DNA from: Octopus vulgaris | Taxonomy: Eukaryota | Length of the DNA: 64,000 bases | NCBI GenBank assembly: GCA_951406725.2 | Contig: OX597814.1 | Coordinates: 94,054,001 to 94,118,000 of the forward strand | Direction of reading: 5' to 3' | Shown: positions 39,360 through 52,419 of the stretch, piece by piece | How the letters are laid out: every line of letters begins with the position of its first letter | How positions within the stretch are numbered: position 1 is the stretch's first letter | Program-made: the position numbers and the translations under genes | The notes under the pieces: generated by a model | Told to the model about the DNA's origin: nothing | Databases searched by the model: none | The model's input: only the letters and a program-made list of their open reading frames with translations

Positions 39360-41233
39360 TATCGTAATCACTTACTCCCTCTCTGTGATGAAACGTGTTG
39401 TGTTCAGACAGCATTCATGGGCTTTCTCTTTGATCCCTGAAAACCATGGTCTTAACCAGTTTAAACCTGCACCTGCTGACCTTAGGAGTGCTCCGCGACT
39501 TCAGAAGATTTTACTTCAAATTTTTAGCACAACCGTTATTGTGGTAGGTAACTGCAAGCATATTCGGCTACAAGCTACAGGCGATTGAATATGCCAAACA
39601 GCATGGCAACAGGGCTGCAGAGAGGCATTTTGGAGAACCACCAACTTAGAAAAGGATCCTTTTAAGGAATTTACCAAAGAGTGGAATCAGTGGATGAGAG
39701 CCAAGGACGATGACCTAACACCAACAGGTCGTTTGAAAAGGACAACAATTGTTGAAGTATGCGAGTGGGTTTCTGAAATCATGTAACGCTGTGAAAATTG
39801 ACGTAGTAGTTGAATCTTGCAAATAATGAGGCATCTGTAATGCATTAGATGGCTCAGAAGATGACATTCTGTTTGAAGATAGTGCATTTCGGACAATATT
39901 GACGATCCTGATGATTTTTTCTGGTTTTGAGACTATGGATGACTGCATTTAGTTTTCAGGATTTGAAAAGTGAAATATTTTCCTTATACTCGTATGTTTG
40001 ATATTGACACACTTTTTAATCAGTTTCCATTGATATTAAATTGCAACGTTTGTTTTGTCATGTCCGTGTGAAATTTTTACAATGGTAATAACATGAAATA
40101 TTTTAATGATTTGAAGATGAAAATATGTTTTCTTATTTGCAATATTTCACCTGCGAAGATTTTAATCTGTTGTTTTTTTGTTCTATTTGGGATGTCATGT
40201 TTTGTGTGGTACTTGTATAAATGGTAGCAATAAGCAAAATATAATCAGGATTTTATGATTGATGTTTTTTTATTGAGTAGATTTTACTGTAACCTTTCTC
40301 TTTTATTCTATTTGTGCTGTCATGTTCATGTGGTAATGTTACAAAATGTAACTGCGCAATAAAATGTTATTCTGTATTTCTCACAATAATTTTCCTGTTG
40401 TGGAGTTTAGTTTTTCCTTTGTCTGTGACAAAGAAAATACTGTATAAGTCTACATCCAATACTACCAAAATCTTAAAATACTGCACCAGCTGTAGCCCCG
40501 TCCACTTGTATGAACTGAAACTATTGGCAAGATCCCTACTGACGGAACACATGAAGTAAAAAGTCACCGTTGGACCGAACAGTGAATAGTCGAACTGGTT
40601 CCAGAAATTTCTGGTGTCGGTGGATCTGAGGTCTTATTCATTGCAAATGAACAATGAACTGACAGTGCAACATGGTCAGAGATACTGAAAAATTTAATTA
40701 TATTGAACCCTTCAATGGTTGCTTGTTGCTGGTACAAAGATGTTTTCCATCATACATATATAACAAAGCAGTCAAAGTTTGAAAGGTTTCTTGGTTGGTG
40801 GGGGCATCCCCTTGAATCCATCCCTGTCGTTGTGTAGTTGCAGTATTACAGTGGGTACATAACGGTAGGCGTAAACTTTGAGAGTAAATTTACAATACCA
40901 TGTCTCTTTACTGACGATCCCACAAAACAAATTGGTAAGGTGGTTGAGTGCTGCATTTTACAGATGCGAGTGCGGGGTCACAACCGAAGACAGCAACGGC
41001 TAGCCAATGTAAAGAATAGCACAAATAAGTGTTACACGAATAGCCAAAATAAACGCTAGGAGCATTTTGAGGTTACAATGATGTTTTTTTCATGGCATCT
41101 GTAAAGGGATCAAGACCCGAAATACAGGAACCTTATTTTTATGTTTATTATTTTTGTTTTTTCAAATTTTTGGTTGTCAAAATAAGGGTGCGGTCTCGAG
41201 GTCGAAGCGTCTTCGACGCTGGGAAATACGGTA
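39360..41233 (+). mobile_element. pogo-like (POGK-type) DNA transposon, internally deleted
   Basis: IEYAKQHGNRAAERHFGEPP (Brinker-like DNA-binding domain) joined to KEWNQWM..LTPTGRLKR..VCEWV..GICNALDGSEDDILFE; right terminus gggaaatacgg-TA; left end uncertain. Confidence 0.75.
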
Positions 41234-41699
41234 TTTTCCAGAAAAAAAATAGTAACATAATAATGTAAAAGTTTTACAACGAGTTACTAGGTTAAATTGG
41301 AAACACAACACATATAATATAGCATCTGTACGTGAGTGTGAGTGCGTATGTATAACCTGAAAGTGCTGCGAATAACTTGTAACCTAGAGCAATCTATTGC
41401 AGGACGGTGGTGCCTAAATTGGCAAACTTGGAGCGTTTTTTCGGTGAGGTGAAGGGTAATTTTGGGAAAGAATGACTTATCAAATTGCAGATGAACTCAG
41501 GGAAGCCGGTGGCTAAATTTATCTCTGCATATTGATAATATCAATGTTAACGAGAAAATGAAGTTTCCATAAGATGTGTTAATCAATATCTGTCGAAATC
41601 GTGCCACATTTAAACACGCCTATTTCCACAAGCACTTGATTCCACAAGATTGTCGGATAACAATGCGTAACAGAACCAAAATAACAAGACAACTGAATA

Positions 41700-43800
41700 G
41701 TAAAACAAAATCTGTCAACAGAGGAAATGTCTTTAAAAAATGGAAATAAAGAATATAGAACTGAACCTAAAATATCTTACGGAAAACAAATTTCGCTAAA
41801 GGCATACCGAGCAGAGGAGAATATTAAGTCTAATCCCAAGTTCTGTTTCCACTTTGCTGAAGAAATATCTCTACGGATTGGAACCGTCATAGACCAAAAT
41901 GGATCATATATTAATGATTTGTCATAAGTATACACATTCCACTTTTGTGTCAACAATATAACTGCATTTTCCCAAAAATAGATTCCCTATAATTAACGAA
42001 ATAGTATATAATCCAGGTGAATTCTTTTGATCCCAATAATTCAACTGCAGAGAGACATCTAGAAATTAATTACCTCATGGAAAATGGTATACATGCAGCG
42101 AAAATAACCTAGATTGAAACTCAGTATCTGGACCAGATGGTCTCCTTGCAATATTGTTAAAAACGTGCAAAACCAGTATGGCCAAACCATTGAAGATGTT
42201 ATTTCAAAAGTCGCTATATACCGACATCTCACCAGAACAAGTGAACAAATGAAAGGCACAAGAGTAAAACCTAGACATAAGGGAAATAGCAGAGCCTAAG
42301 CGAAAAATTACAAACCAATTTCTCTTATATCTCACACTTCTAAAATTGTCAAGCGCATTGTTTGAGGAAACCAAATTCTTAGATGGTACACATGGTTTAC
42401 AGACTAGACGAAGTCGCCTGTCACAATTATTACAGCACCATAACGCGGTCATCAATTATCTCTGGAGAGGAATGAACACTGACTACATACACCTTGATTT
42501 TACTATTATAGGATAAGGGATCTTGGTATCTCAGGCAAGCGCGTAGAATGGCTCATTGACGTTTTACAATGTGGGAATCAATCTGTTGCTGCAAACTGTT
42601 TTATCTCTGTAAAGTTTCCTATAATAAGTGGTATATCTCAAAGCATGGTTCTACAACCATTATGAGTTATCATCACTCTGTCAGGTCAGGTATAACTTCA
42701 CAATTCACCTCGGCCAACATAACGGGTTACGCCATTCAAATTCCAGAAGATACAGTCACACTCCAAGATGAGTTGACCCTCATTTATCAATGGGCAGATA
42801 GAAACGATATGGAATTTAATGTATCCAAATCTCAAACTCTTCCTTACAGGGGGATACACATACACACAAATCATATTATATTGCACCAGATAATGATTCA
42901 GAGAGATAATGATAAAAGGACTTAGGAGTAATTGTGTCAAATTACTTATATTTCATTAGTCATGTTACAAAACTGACCAATAAATGCAGACATCTCAATG
43001 CATGTATCGTATGAAAAGTTGTGACAAGAAAACCAAATCACATGAACATTCGTGACAAGAGAACCAGATCATATGATAATAGAACTGGTAGTTATGCTAC
43101 TAACTATACGGAAAGCCTTAGTTCAGAACAAATTAGATTACTGCTCGCAGGTTTGTCTTCCAACTCATGCAGTTTGATAGGACAGTGAATCTGCAACCGG
43201 CATGCCACTGCAAACTCGTGTGCTAGGAGACAATGGTAGGTATGCCTCAGTGTAACTTGAATATATTTTCTCCCTGTACTTTTAGTTATAATTTTAGCTC
43301 AGGTATGCAGCCGAAGTTAGAAAAGAATATAAGTATACCTCAAGTAAAAAGAGTTCGCGGGGCACTGTCATAGAAGACATTGAATGGCTACGAAGAACGT
43401 TCACCAATAAATTAATTCAGTTATAAGCCTTAATTACTGGAAACGCCTGAAAACTCTACGTTTCTACTGTCTTCAACACCAAAGAGAGAAATATATATAC
43501 TATTATATACGCGTGGAAAATCTTGGAGGGATATATCACAAACTTCGGCATTAGACAAAAATTTAATGCACGAGCTGGTAGATACTATCAGCTTCCAACA
43601 CTATTATTTACCTTTGTGATTTAGAGGTCCTCAATTGTTTAACTACTAACCTAGAGAAATCAGAAATGTAAAAGAATCCTTAATTAAAACATTAAAAAGG
43701 ACGTTGGATAAACTGATATCGACGATACCAGTAGAATCGAGCATTCAAGGATTCTACAGATTCAATCGTAGATTTCTTGCCATTAAGCGATGACAATGCT
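41700..43800 (+). mobile_element. Old, heavily mutated CR1/Jockey-group LINE
   Basis: Scattered motifs IKSNPKF, GPDGLLAILLKTC, NYKPISLISHTSK, HGLQTRRSRLSQLL, YQWADRNDMEFNVSK, KDLGVIVS, LDYCSQV, RGPQLFN. Confidence 0.8.
43183..43367. mobile_element. hAT-type MITE inserted in the LINE
   Basis: CAGTG...CACTG ends; 8-bp flanks tgatagga / tcatagaa (6/8 match). Confidence 0.55.
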
Positions 43801-44742
43801 GAAAGAAAAGAAAATAAGGCAGTATTTCAGCATAGCGACTGTCTTACAACTAAAACAATTAAAATATCTTTTTAATAAATTATTTTTAGTGGTGTTTCCA
43901 GTTTTTCAAAGAAAGCATAAAAGAAACACAAGACCATCCTCACTGATTCGAATGTGAAATGTTTTATAACCTGTACACAAAAACACAAACACACACACAC
44001 ATACACTCACAAACAAACACACCACACACGCGACCCCCTTACTGGTCAAAGGGGATATGCATTCCCCTGTTGTACATCCATTAATGTCATATTGCCTGAA
44101 GAAATGTATTCACGAAGATGATTAACCCGATGCCCACGGACACTGACCGTGATCTTAAGAGACATGTGATATGTGGAAACAAGCGCAGTATTTGTGTGTG
44201 TGTGCTTGACTGTGAAGGCGTTTTGTTCAGGGCAACATTAGTTTACCCCAGAAACCAGCTCGACTGCATCACGCGAAAGCTAGACAATGTGAGAAAGGAT
44301 ATTGTGACCTATTCTGTATGTCGATATCCTATAGCCTGTTGCATGCAGTGACACACATAGATAGATACATACATACAAAACAATCATACATACATATATA
44401 CATACATATCTATTAACTACTCAAATTGCTTTAGCGTCGTATTATTTCCTATAAAATGTTATTTAAAGAATCGTGTGGTAATTTAATTGATTTTAATGCG
44501 GGCAAACAAACTATGTAAGTTCTTACACTTATTTCTGTTTCATTAATGCCAACGTAGTGATCTACAGAAAAAAAAAATTATATCAACAGTTTCTCTAAAT
44601 TAATTAGATTTCAGAACAGAAATATCCAATTAAACAAACAAAATAACTTTTTTTTATAAATTTAATTATTGTAATAATATGAATAACTCATACTTTTTTG
44701 TATGAAACGCGGGACACGCACACACACACACACACACACACA

Positions 44743-44786
<44 letters not shown>

Positions 44787-44883
44787 ATGTATGTATGTAT
44801 GTATCTATCTATCTCACTATCTCTCTATCTCTCACACATACTCTCTTTCTCTCTCTCTTTCTGCAGCTTACTATATACATACA

Positions 44884-44919
<36 letters not shown>

Positions 44920-45260
44920 TGTGTGTGTGTGTTTGTATGTATATATGTACGTATGTGTGTATATGTGTATGAATGTATGAATGTATGTATGTATATATGT
45001 ATGTATGTATACAAGTATTGTCTCAGTAACGACCATAGTCATACTGAAATTATTTGGATGGTTTGGTTTGTTTATATTCTATTAAATTGTTTATATTCTA
45101 TTATATTAGATCTACTAAATTATAATTGATCAAATTTCGTTATCATATTTTATTTAGATTTGGAATGTATGACGAGTTATATTATATCATTTCTGTGTAT
45201 TCTTACGTTTTCTAGTTGAATGAATACACACAAACGCACATACATATATATATACAAACA

Positions 45261-45306
<46 letters not shown>

Positions 45307-45689
45307 TAATATTCAGATGAATTAGATACTTAAATTGAGGCACCTTCCTAGTTCGGTATAATCTGCACACCCCAACAATATTATTTGAATATTGAATATC
45401 AATACTCCGTGTAGGGGTATTTGTACCCAATACTCCTGTCGTGTGTATATACAACGGAACCCAGCTAAGTGAAGATGTCTGGTCTTGATAATTCAGACAT
45501 GTACTTTTTATGAAGGTACTTTCTATAGTATTTCCGAAATGCAGTTTCCAAGTTAGGTGAACAAAATATAAGTAACAAAGATGCTCAGGTGTACATCTTT
45601 GTCACTTTATATTATATTATATATATATATATATATATAAAGGAATACAAAAATGGGACAAGAAAGCAAAACATCCAGGCAGATACATT

Positions 45690-45930
45690 ATTTTCATTAT
45701 TTACATTCGACGGATATTTTTCCTCATATTGTTTGTTGTTAACACAACATTTCGGCTGATATACCCTCCAGCCTTCTTCGGGTGTCTCGGGAAAATTTCG
45801 AACCTGGGTTCTCATTCCTATGATATTTTTCGATGTTATTATTATTGTTATTGTTCAGGCCACTGCTTGGAATCGAACTCGGAATCTTGCGATTAGTAGC
45901 CGGCGCTCTTAACCACTACGCCATATGCCC
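45690..45930 (-). mobile_element. tRNA-head + (AAT)n + hammerhead element (family B; SINE/retrozyme-like)
   Basis: Head GGGCATATGGCGTAGTGGTTAAGAGCG...GAGTTCGATTCC; HHR-like GACAC-CCGAAGA-A-GGCTG..CAGCC-GAAA-TG-TT/GTGTT at 45741-45786. Confidence 0.75.
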
Positions 45931-46333
45931 ACGAGCATATGTTTTTGATGCTTAATGATGTACCAATATCATGATCAAAGGTATTCTAAATGGGACCTCC
46001 TATATTCTTTTGCAATTTGTTGTTTCTCAAGGACTATATTTTTCAGTTGAGTACTCGTCTTTATGCTTACACGTCGGTTCGTTCTAAATTCTGGTGATCT
46101 GAGAGATAAAATAACATGGGAAATAATTGCAACAAAATAGAGTATTAAAGCAGAATAAAAATAAACAGTGAAGAGAAAATAGTTAAATCAGTATTAAGAT
46201 AATTAATGTTGAGAAAATATTGAAAATATAGTTAGAAATGTTTATAGCAAAGGAAATACAAAAGAAAACCATTAAATGAGTGAAAGATATTCATCATTTC
46301 TTCAAGTACTGGAAGAGAACTCCAGACACTGAA

Positions 46334-48620
46334 CACTCATCATCATCATCTTTCGACCAACCTATGGTTGGTCGGAACTCCATTGACAATCCCTTTCCAC
46401 ACTACCAGGTCCTGCATTTCTGTGTTCAGGTCTCTAATATCCTTGAGTCCCGAGATATAGTATCTGGAAATGTCAGTTTCCTCGAGAAAACACTTCCAGA
46501 GGGATGTGGTGTTTGTGTGCAGCGCTCTAACAGCATCAGCAATTCTGTGGGGAATACCATAGAGTGCAAGGATTTTAAACATAAGATCTCTGCTGATGAA
46601 ATCAAATGCTTTGCGAACGTCGACACAACAGATTGTGCCGTTCTTGTTAAACTTTTTCATTTCTTCCAGTATGCGACTGATGGAGAGGATTTGAGCAGTT
46701 GTTGAATGACCCCTTTTAAATCCATTCCGATTCTTACGAAGAAGTGGATCGAGCATAGGTACAATTCTATTAAGCAGAAGTCTGTTATAAATTTTTGCTG
46801 CAACTGGGATCAGAATAATGCCTCTATAATTCGCTACACTTGTTAGATCACCTGTTTTTGTGACAGGGACAATTTTACCCTTCAACCAATCTGATGGAGG
46901 CAAATGATGTGCATATGTGTCGCTGCAGAAACTTAGTAAGGTTTCATGAAATATTGGAACTTTCCATCGTAATCTTGGTATGTTATCGAGTCCTGGAGAT
47001 TTATTGTTAGCAACACTACTGAGAGTTACTTTGAGCTCATCCAATGTGAAATGGTCCGTGTTGATGTATTATACATTAAATATTTGGTGTAGAGGAAGTG
47101 GAAGACAGCTGGCTAGTGGTGGTTCTCCAAGACGTTTCTAAAGGTGGTCAAACTAGTTGACCTTGTTCTTCTCAGAGGAGCTACCTTCAAGCCCGATAGA
47201 GGGCTTAAATTTTCGTCAAGTTAATGTGTTATTAATTTCCATACTGCAGCAATAAAAGTCTACAATTTTGTAAATCTCATCTAGAACGTAATGTGTTTCT
47301 ACATTGGTATATGATTCATCTAGTGTTCCTTGAGTTTTGGAAGCATCTTTAAAGATATTTTAGTAGGCCTCTGTCCATGTCTAAGTTTCGATCTTGCTAG
47401 ATGCTTCCTTGCTTCCCTCATACGGACATCTGCATGAATTGATATATGCTTTATTCTTTCTTTCTTTGTTAGGTTTGAAAGGGACATTTTTCCTATGGCT
47501 GTTACGAAGTTACTATATTGTGTTTCAATGTCGTTTGTGTGCTCTGGTAGTTTTGATGATCTAAGGCTGAGAACAGTGCTTATTGAAACAACTCTATGAC
47601 CTGAGCCAAAAGATGCGAAGGATGAGTTTGCCTGTGCATTCTGGACACTGTTCTTCCACTTGTTTCTCATAGTATGTAGTCAATTTGTGAATACGATCCA
47701 GACGGGTGCTGTAATGTCAAAAAACTCTGGGTGTTTCATGAACCGTGTGTTTGCGATCTGAATTTGGAACTCGTGAGCAAAATCAATCAGTTTTATCCTG
47801 TTCCTGTTAGTCTCCTTGTTATAGGTGAACAGAGCATCATCCCTCCCCATTTGACCTTTAAAATCACCTGCTATAACAAGGAAGTTGTGGGAAGGGACAC
47901 TTTCCGTTACTCCCTTCAGATCGGAGTAGAAGTCGTTTGCAAGTTTCTCATCATGTGTATTAGTTGGGCAGTAACACGCAATGAATATGATTTGAAGGTT
48001 ACTACTCAGCTCGACAACATTTATGCGATCAGATATTTTCTTAATGAAGAGCATATTCCTTGAGGCCCTTGGAGACAGGAGCACTGGGAATTTTTAATAG
48101 CAGAGGTCGTAATAAATTGGTATCTATCAAGGTCGGTATACTTCAAATTTGTCTTTGATAAAGTTCGTGAGTTAAAAACTGCTGTATACAACATGTCTTT
48201 TGCACTTCATAAATTTGCTTGTTGTTCCTGCATCGACATCTACCTATTCACAGGTACTCCGCTCTGAAGAGTTTAGAGGTAGCTGGTCATACGTTTCATG
48301 GGAAATAAGGTGAGAATTTGGAACGCCATGGTAATTCTTTCTGTAGATGATACAGAAGTGAACTGCCAGTTCTACATCCAGGTATGTTTACATACGAGAT
48401 ACCATCTCAAGGGACATTGTCGTCGAAAGCTTAAGACTTTTCCCTAGCCATGAGGTAAGTTTATCCCGCGCCAGACACCAACTTGGTATTTCAGTTCCGC
48501 GGCTGATTTTTTCCTTCTCCTTGGCAGGCTGCCTTCACCTCGGTTCAAGGAGTCCTGTCTACCCCATACCAGTTATGCATGGCATGAACGTAATGCCATT
48601 GGTGTGTACCCCCACATACC
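46334..48620 (-). mobile_element. RTE-like LINE, decayed with internal deletion
   Basis: APE-like ORF 47680-48084 (IACYCPTN, IAGDFK), RT 46346-47044 (KSPGLDNIP, NYRGIILIPVAAKIYN, CVDVRKAFD), (GAT)n tail. Confidence 0.9.
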
Positions 48621-48843
48621 ACAATCACAGATAGTAAAATGAAGATAAAACAGAGATAAGAAGATAAAACACTACCATCAGTTCTTCCTCCTCAGAAGCA
48701 ACCCATGTGAAATAAACTCACTCTTCATGTTTTTCGTGCAAGTATCCATTTGTAACAGCTTAAGCAGTGTCAACGTCACTTGCCTAAAAGGAACCTTATT
48801 TTTTCGGGACACGCATATTTGAAAAAAACAAAAGGTTGTTCAC

Positions 48844-49119
48844 TTTAGCGTAGCAAGTGTGTGTACTGCCAGGGTCAGCCCTTGAGTGTGCAGCCTTAAT
48901 CCTGCAATCAGTCCTCCTTAACAATTAAACTTAGCACAGCGATTCTCTTTTAAAGTTACTTAAAATCGAAAATTGTGAGTAGGGGCCCGACATTGAAAAT
49001 ATTTCTTTGAATATTGCCAATGCAGGCTCATACAGCAAGCCCCAAAATACCGCCCCGATGAAAGTGACATATAGGGCGAACCACGTCCTCACACACACAC
49101 ACACCTAGCTACGCTACTG
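48844..49119. mobile_element. MITE-like element
   Basis: Inverted ends agcgtagcaagtgtg / cacacctagctacgctactg. Confidence 0.5.
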
Positions 49120-49909
49120 ATTGTCTATCGTTTTATCTATTTTATAGGGAATACTATTTATGTTATAGCTGCTGACGCACACAGGAATGTTACTTTTTAT
49201 AGCAACTACTTCGTTGCTGTTGGAAGTTAAACTACTATAAAGAGAAGTAAACGGATCTTGATAAATTGCTATATATTAATAAAGCAAACCACGATTTAGT
49301 CGCCAGTATTGATTTTACGAGTCTGGATTTCTTTGCAAAATTAAATACATATAAAATTGACCGTATATTTATTAATTTATAACTGTCGATGTATTGGTAC
49401 TCTAGTAATTATTGAACGGCCCTCAACATTAAACATTTAGATTAGTGAGTTGTACATCACACATTTCTATAACATTCTTTATAAGTTTTCGCCCCTTTAA
49501 TACGCAGTTCGTGAGGAAGAGGTGAGCGAATTTTGATGAATTATGAAGTCAAACTAAAAGCTGCTGGTTCATTTTCGAGTCCCCTAAATTCGAAATGACC
49601 TCCAAGATGTCAAATTTCCCACGGTAACTATAAATACACCGATGAAGCTCTGCATGAGTTCATTTTATTGATAAATTTTGTTTGACTGATGCCAAGAGTT
49701 TCGCTTTATTAAAATGAGATAAGTTTCTCGACACGGAAAAAATTTCTGTGATAAACAAGTTCCTTATATAGAGACAAGTTTAGCCCTTACCTACATGTAG
49801 CTTACTACATGTCCACTCTCCTGCGCAAGCGCACACTCACGTACACATATATATGTGTGTGACTATGTGTGTATATGCGTGTGTGTTTATTTATATGCAT
49901 TATTTACAT

Positions 49910-49989
<80 letters not shown>

Positions 49990-50559
49990 ATAAATATGCA
50001 TACGCATATATGAATATATCTGTATACAAAAGTGTATATATAAGTATGTGCATATATGTATTATATATATATTGCATGTGTACATGTATATGTATATCTT
50101 TCACTGGTGAATAGCAGCGAAAGTTGAACAACGACGGAAAAACGGGCGAATTAGTATATTCGAATGGTAATTCCTAGCGATATTCCTTCTACTCGATTGT
50201 GAAAGATAATCAGTTGTCTCTCTCGCTCTTTTCTAAATGCATTGAACCAATTACTGAGTATTATAATTAGACCCTGTTTGAAAAACGTAATATATAAACA
50301 TTAAAATAACAGCAAAATATCGTTTTCCAAGTGGGACTATTATTTAAAACGGTTTTAACTGAAACAGATGATGGATGTTAGATTATGACAGTTAAAAAAA
50401 AGCCTTCGAAAGGTGTGTTATAGAAATATGCTTTAAGTTCCATATATCATTAAACTAATGAAACTTTTACGAAATAAATTGTTGGGAAGATTGCTAGCCC
50501 CGATACACCTCTGTTAATAGTTAAATATTAGAAACTAAAATTGCTTTACCATGCGACAC

Positions 50560-50900
50560 AACACCATGGCACGCTACCTCTAGCAGCAGACATCTCCGTG
50601 AAGGTTCTCGATGTTAGAGATAGCAGCCAAATGTTCTTGATACTACTAGAAAAAAAGACTTTAGATGGTGTAGTCTGGTATTTCATATTCAAGTACTGAA
50701 TGTCGCTTGCGATGGCAATGCCTATCATCAAAGCTTTGGATGGCATAAGGCGAAACACAGCATTATCATTCATGGAGAAATCCCTTGCAAAAAGAAATAT
50801 TGGAAGGACACAAGTAGAAATAATGTCAAAAACAGGAAAAAGGTGGTAGAATTTTGAAATTGGCTGATGACCGATAAAAACAGCTGGGGAAGGGGATTGC
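50560..50900 (+). mobile_element. Possible LINE 3' coding remnant
   Basis: Weak RL.WC..V, ILEG and A.DR..W-like traces. Confidence 0.3.
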
Positions 50901-52120
50901 GTCCTTACTCTGCACATTTGATATTCCCAAGCAATTTATTATGATTGAAAACATAGATTTTAAACTATGCTCCTGGTTATTATTCAGTTTTAGAAGGCTT
51001 AAATTTTATGTCAATCGTACTAGTTTTATTAAATTTAAACTCTTTAATCATTTTGAGTAGTAGCAGATGGTGTGTAAATTCTTAGGCAAATATGTAGACG
51101 GGCACAAAGTATTTCCATCTTCGACTAGAAAGTAGGAGATGCGTATTGCAATGCAACAAACCTAGTTATAATTCTAATCCGCACCAACTTTTGCATAAAC
51201 TGAGTAAGACTCTTTTGATAGTGAAGATTAGCAAAGTAGGCTAGGATGAATAGTACATAAAAACATATTTCAGCAAATGAAGCAAACATCAAATGAAATC
51301 AATGCAAACAAGTAAGAGAGCAATAGAAATATCTGAACACAGATGAAGCATGCGGAACACATTTTCTAATTCGATCATATCATAATTAACGAATAATTTT
51401 TCTCATCTCACAGAATATTCCCTTTAATTTAATGTCAGCGTCACAATATTTTCCTTGTTTTAAGAGCAAAATCAATATCATGGAATGCTTCTGGGTGGGG
51501 AAATGGTAGAAACAGTTAAGGTGATGGATAAAATGTATTGCGATGTTCACTTACCACCCTTTACGCTCTATGCTTAAATCGTTCTCTATCGGACTTTGCC
51601 CATTAATCCACAGTGACAGACAATATCAACACATTGCGCTCGGTCCACCTGGTTATACTACACCCTTACAAGCGTTGCACTCTAAACTGAGGAGTGATTC
51701 TTTTTAACGTAAAATGAGTTATAGTTTAATTTCTTATACAAATAATTTAACAACCTCCTAACACATTGAACTCGGAGAGATAAAATCAAAGCAGCATAGA
51801 AAAGTGGAAGAGTATGGAATTGACAGACAACACAGAGAATGGAAGGTAGGGTATTACAGAAAGCTATGGTGGAGAGTATGAAAGAACTAGAATTAGAAAT
51901 AAAAATAACTTTCAGATAGAAAGAAGAGTGTAAATCAGAAAAGGTGAACTAATCTATACTAAATTTGGCAGACTGGATTATAACGAATAATGAAGTGTTT
52001 TTTTCCTATCTTTTTTTCAAGAATCAATCAAATTATGGATATTATATATAAATAGCTTTTCATTATATTTGCAATTTCCAGTTTATTTGTTAGATTAGTT
52101 TCAAATGGTAAAATAAGAAC

Positions 52121-52191
<71 letters not shown>

Positions 52192-52388
52192 TGCGTACAT
52201 ACACACACACACATATATGTATATGTATATATATGTTTATATACATACATAAATATATTCTGTATACATATATATATACATATGTATATATATATGTATG
52301 TTTATATATATATAGTTAGATAGATAGATACATACATACATACACACATACATACATACATACATACATACATACATACATACATACA

Positions 52389-52419
<31 letters not shown>

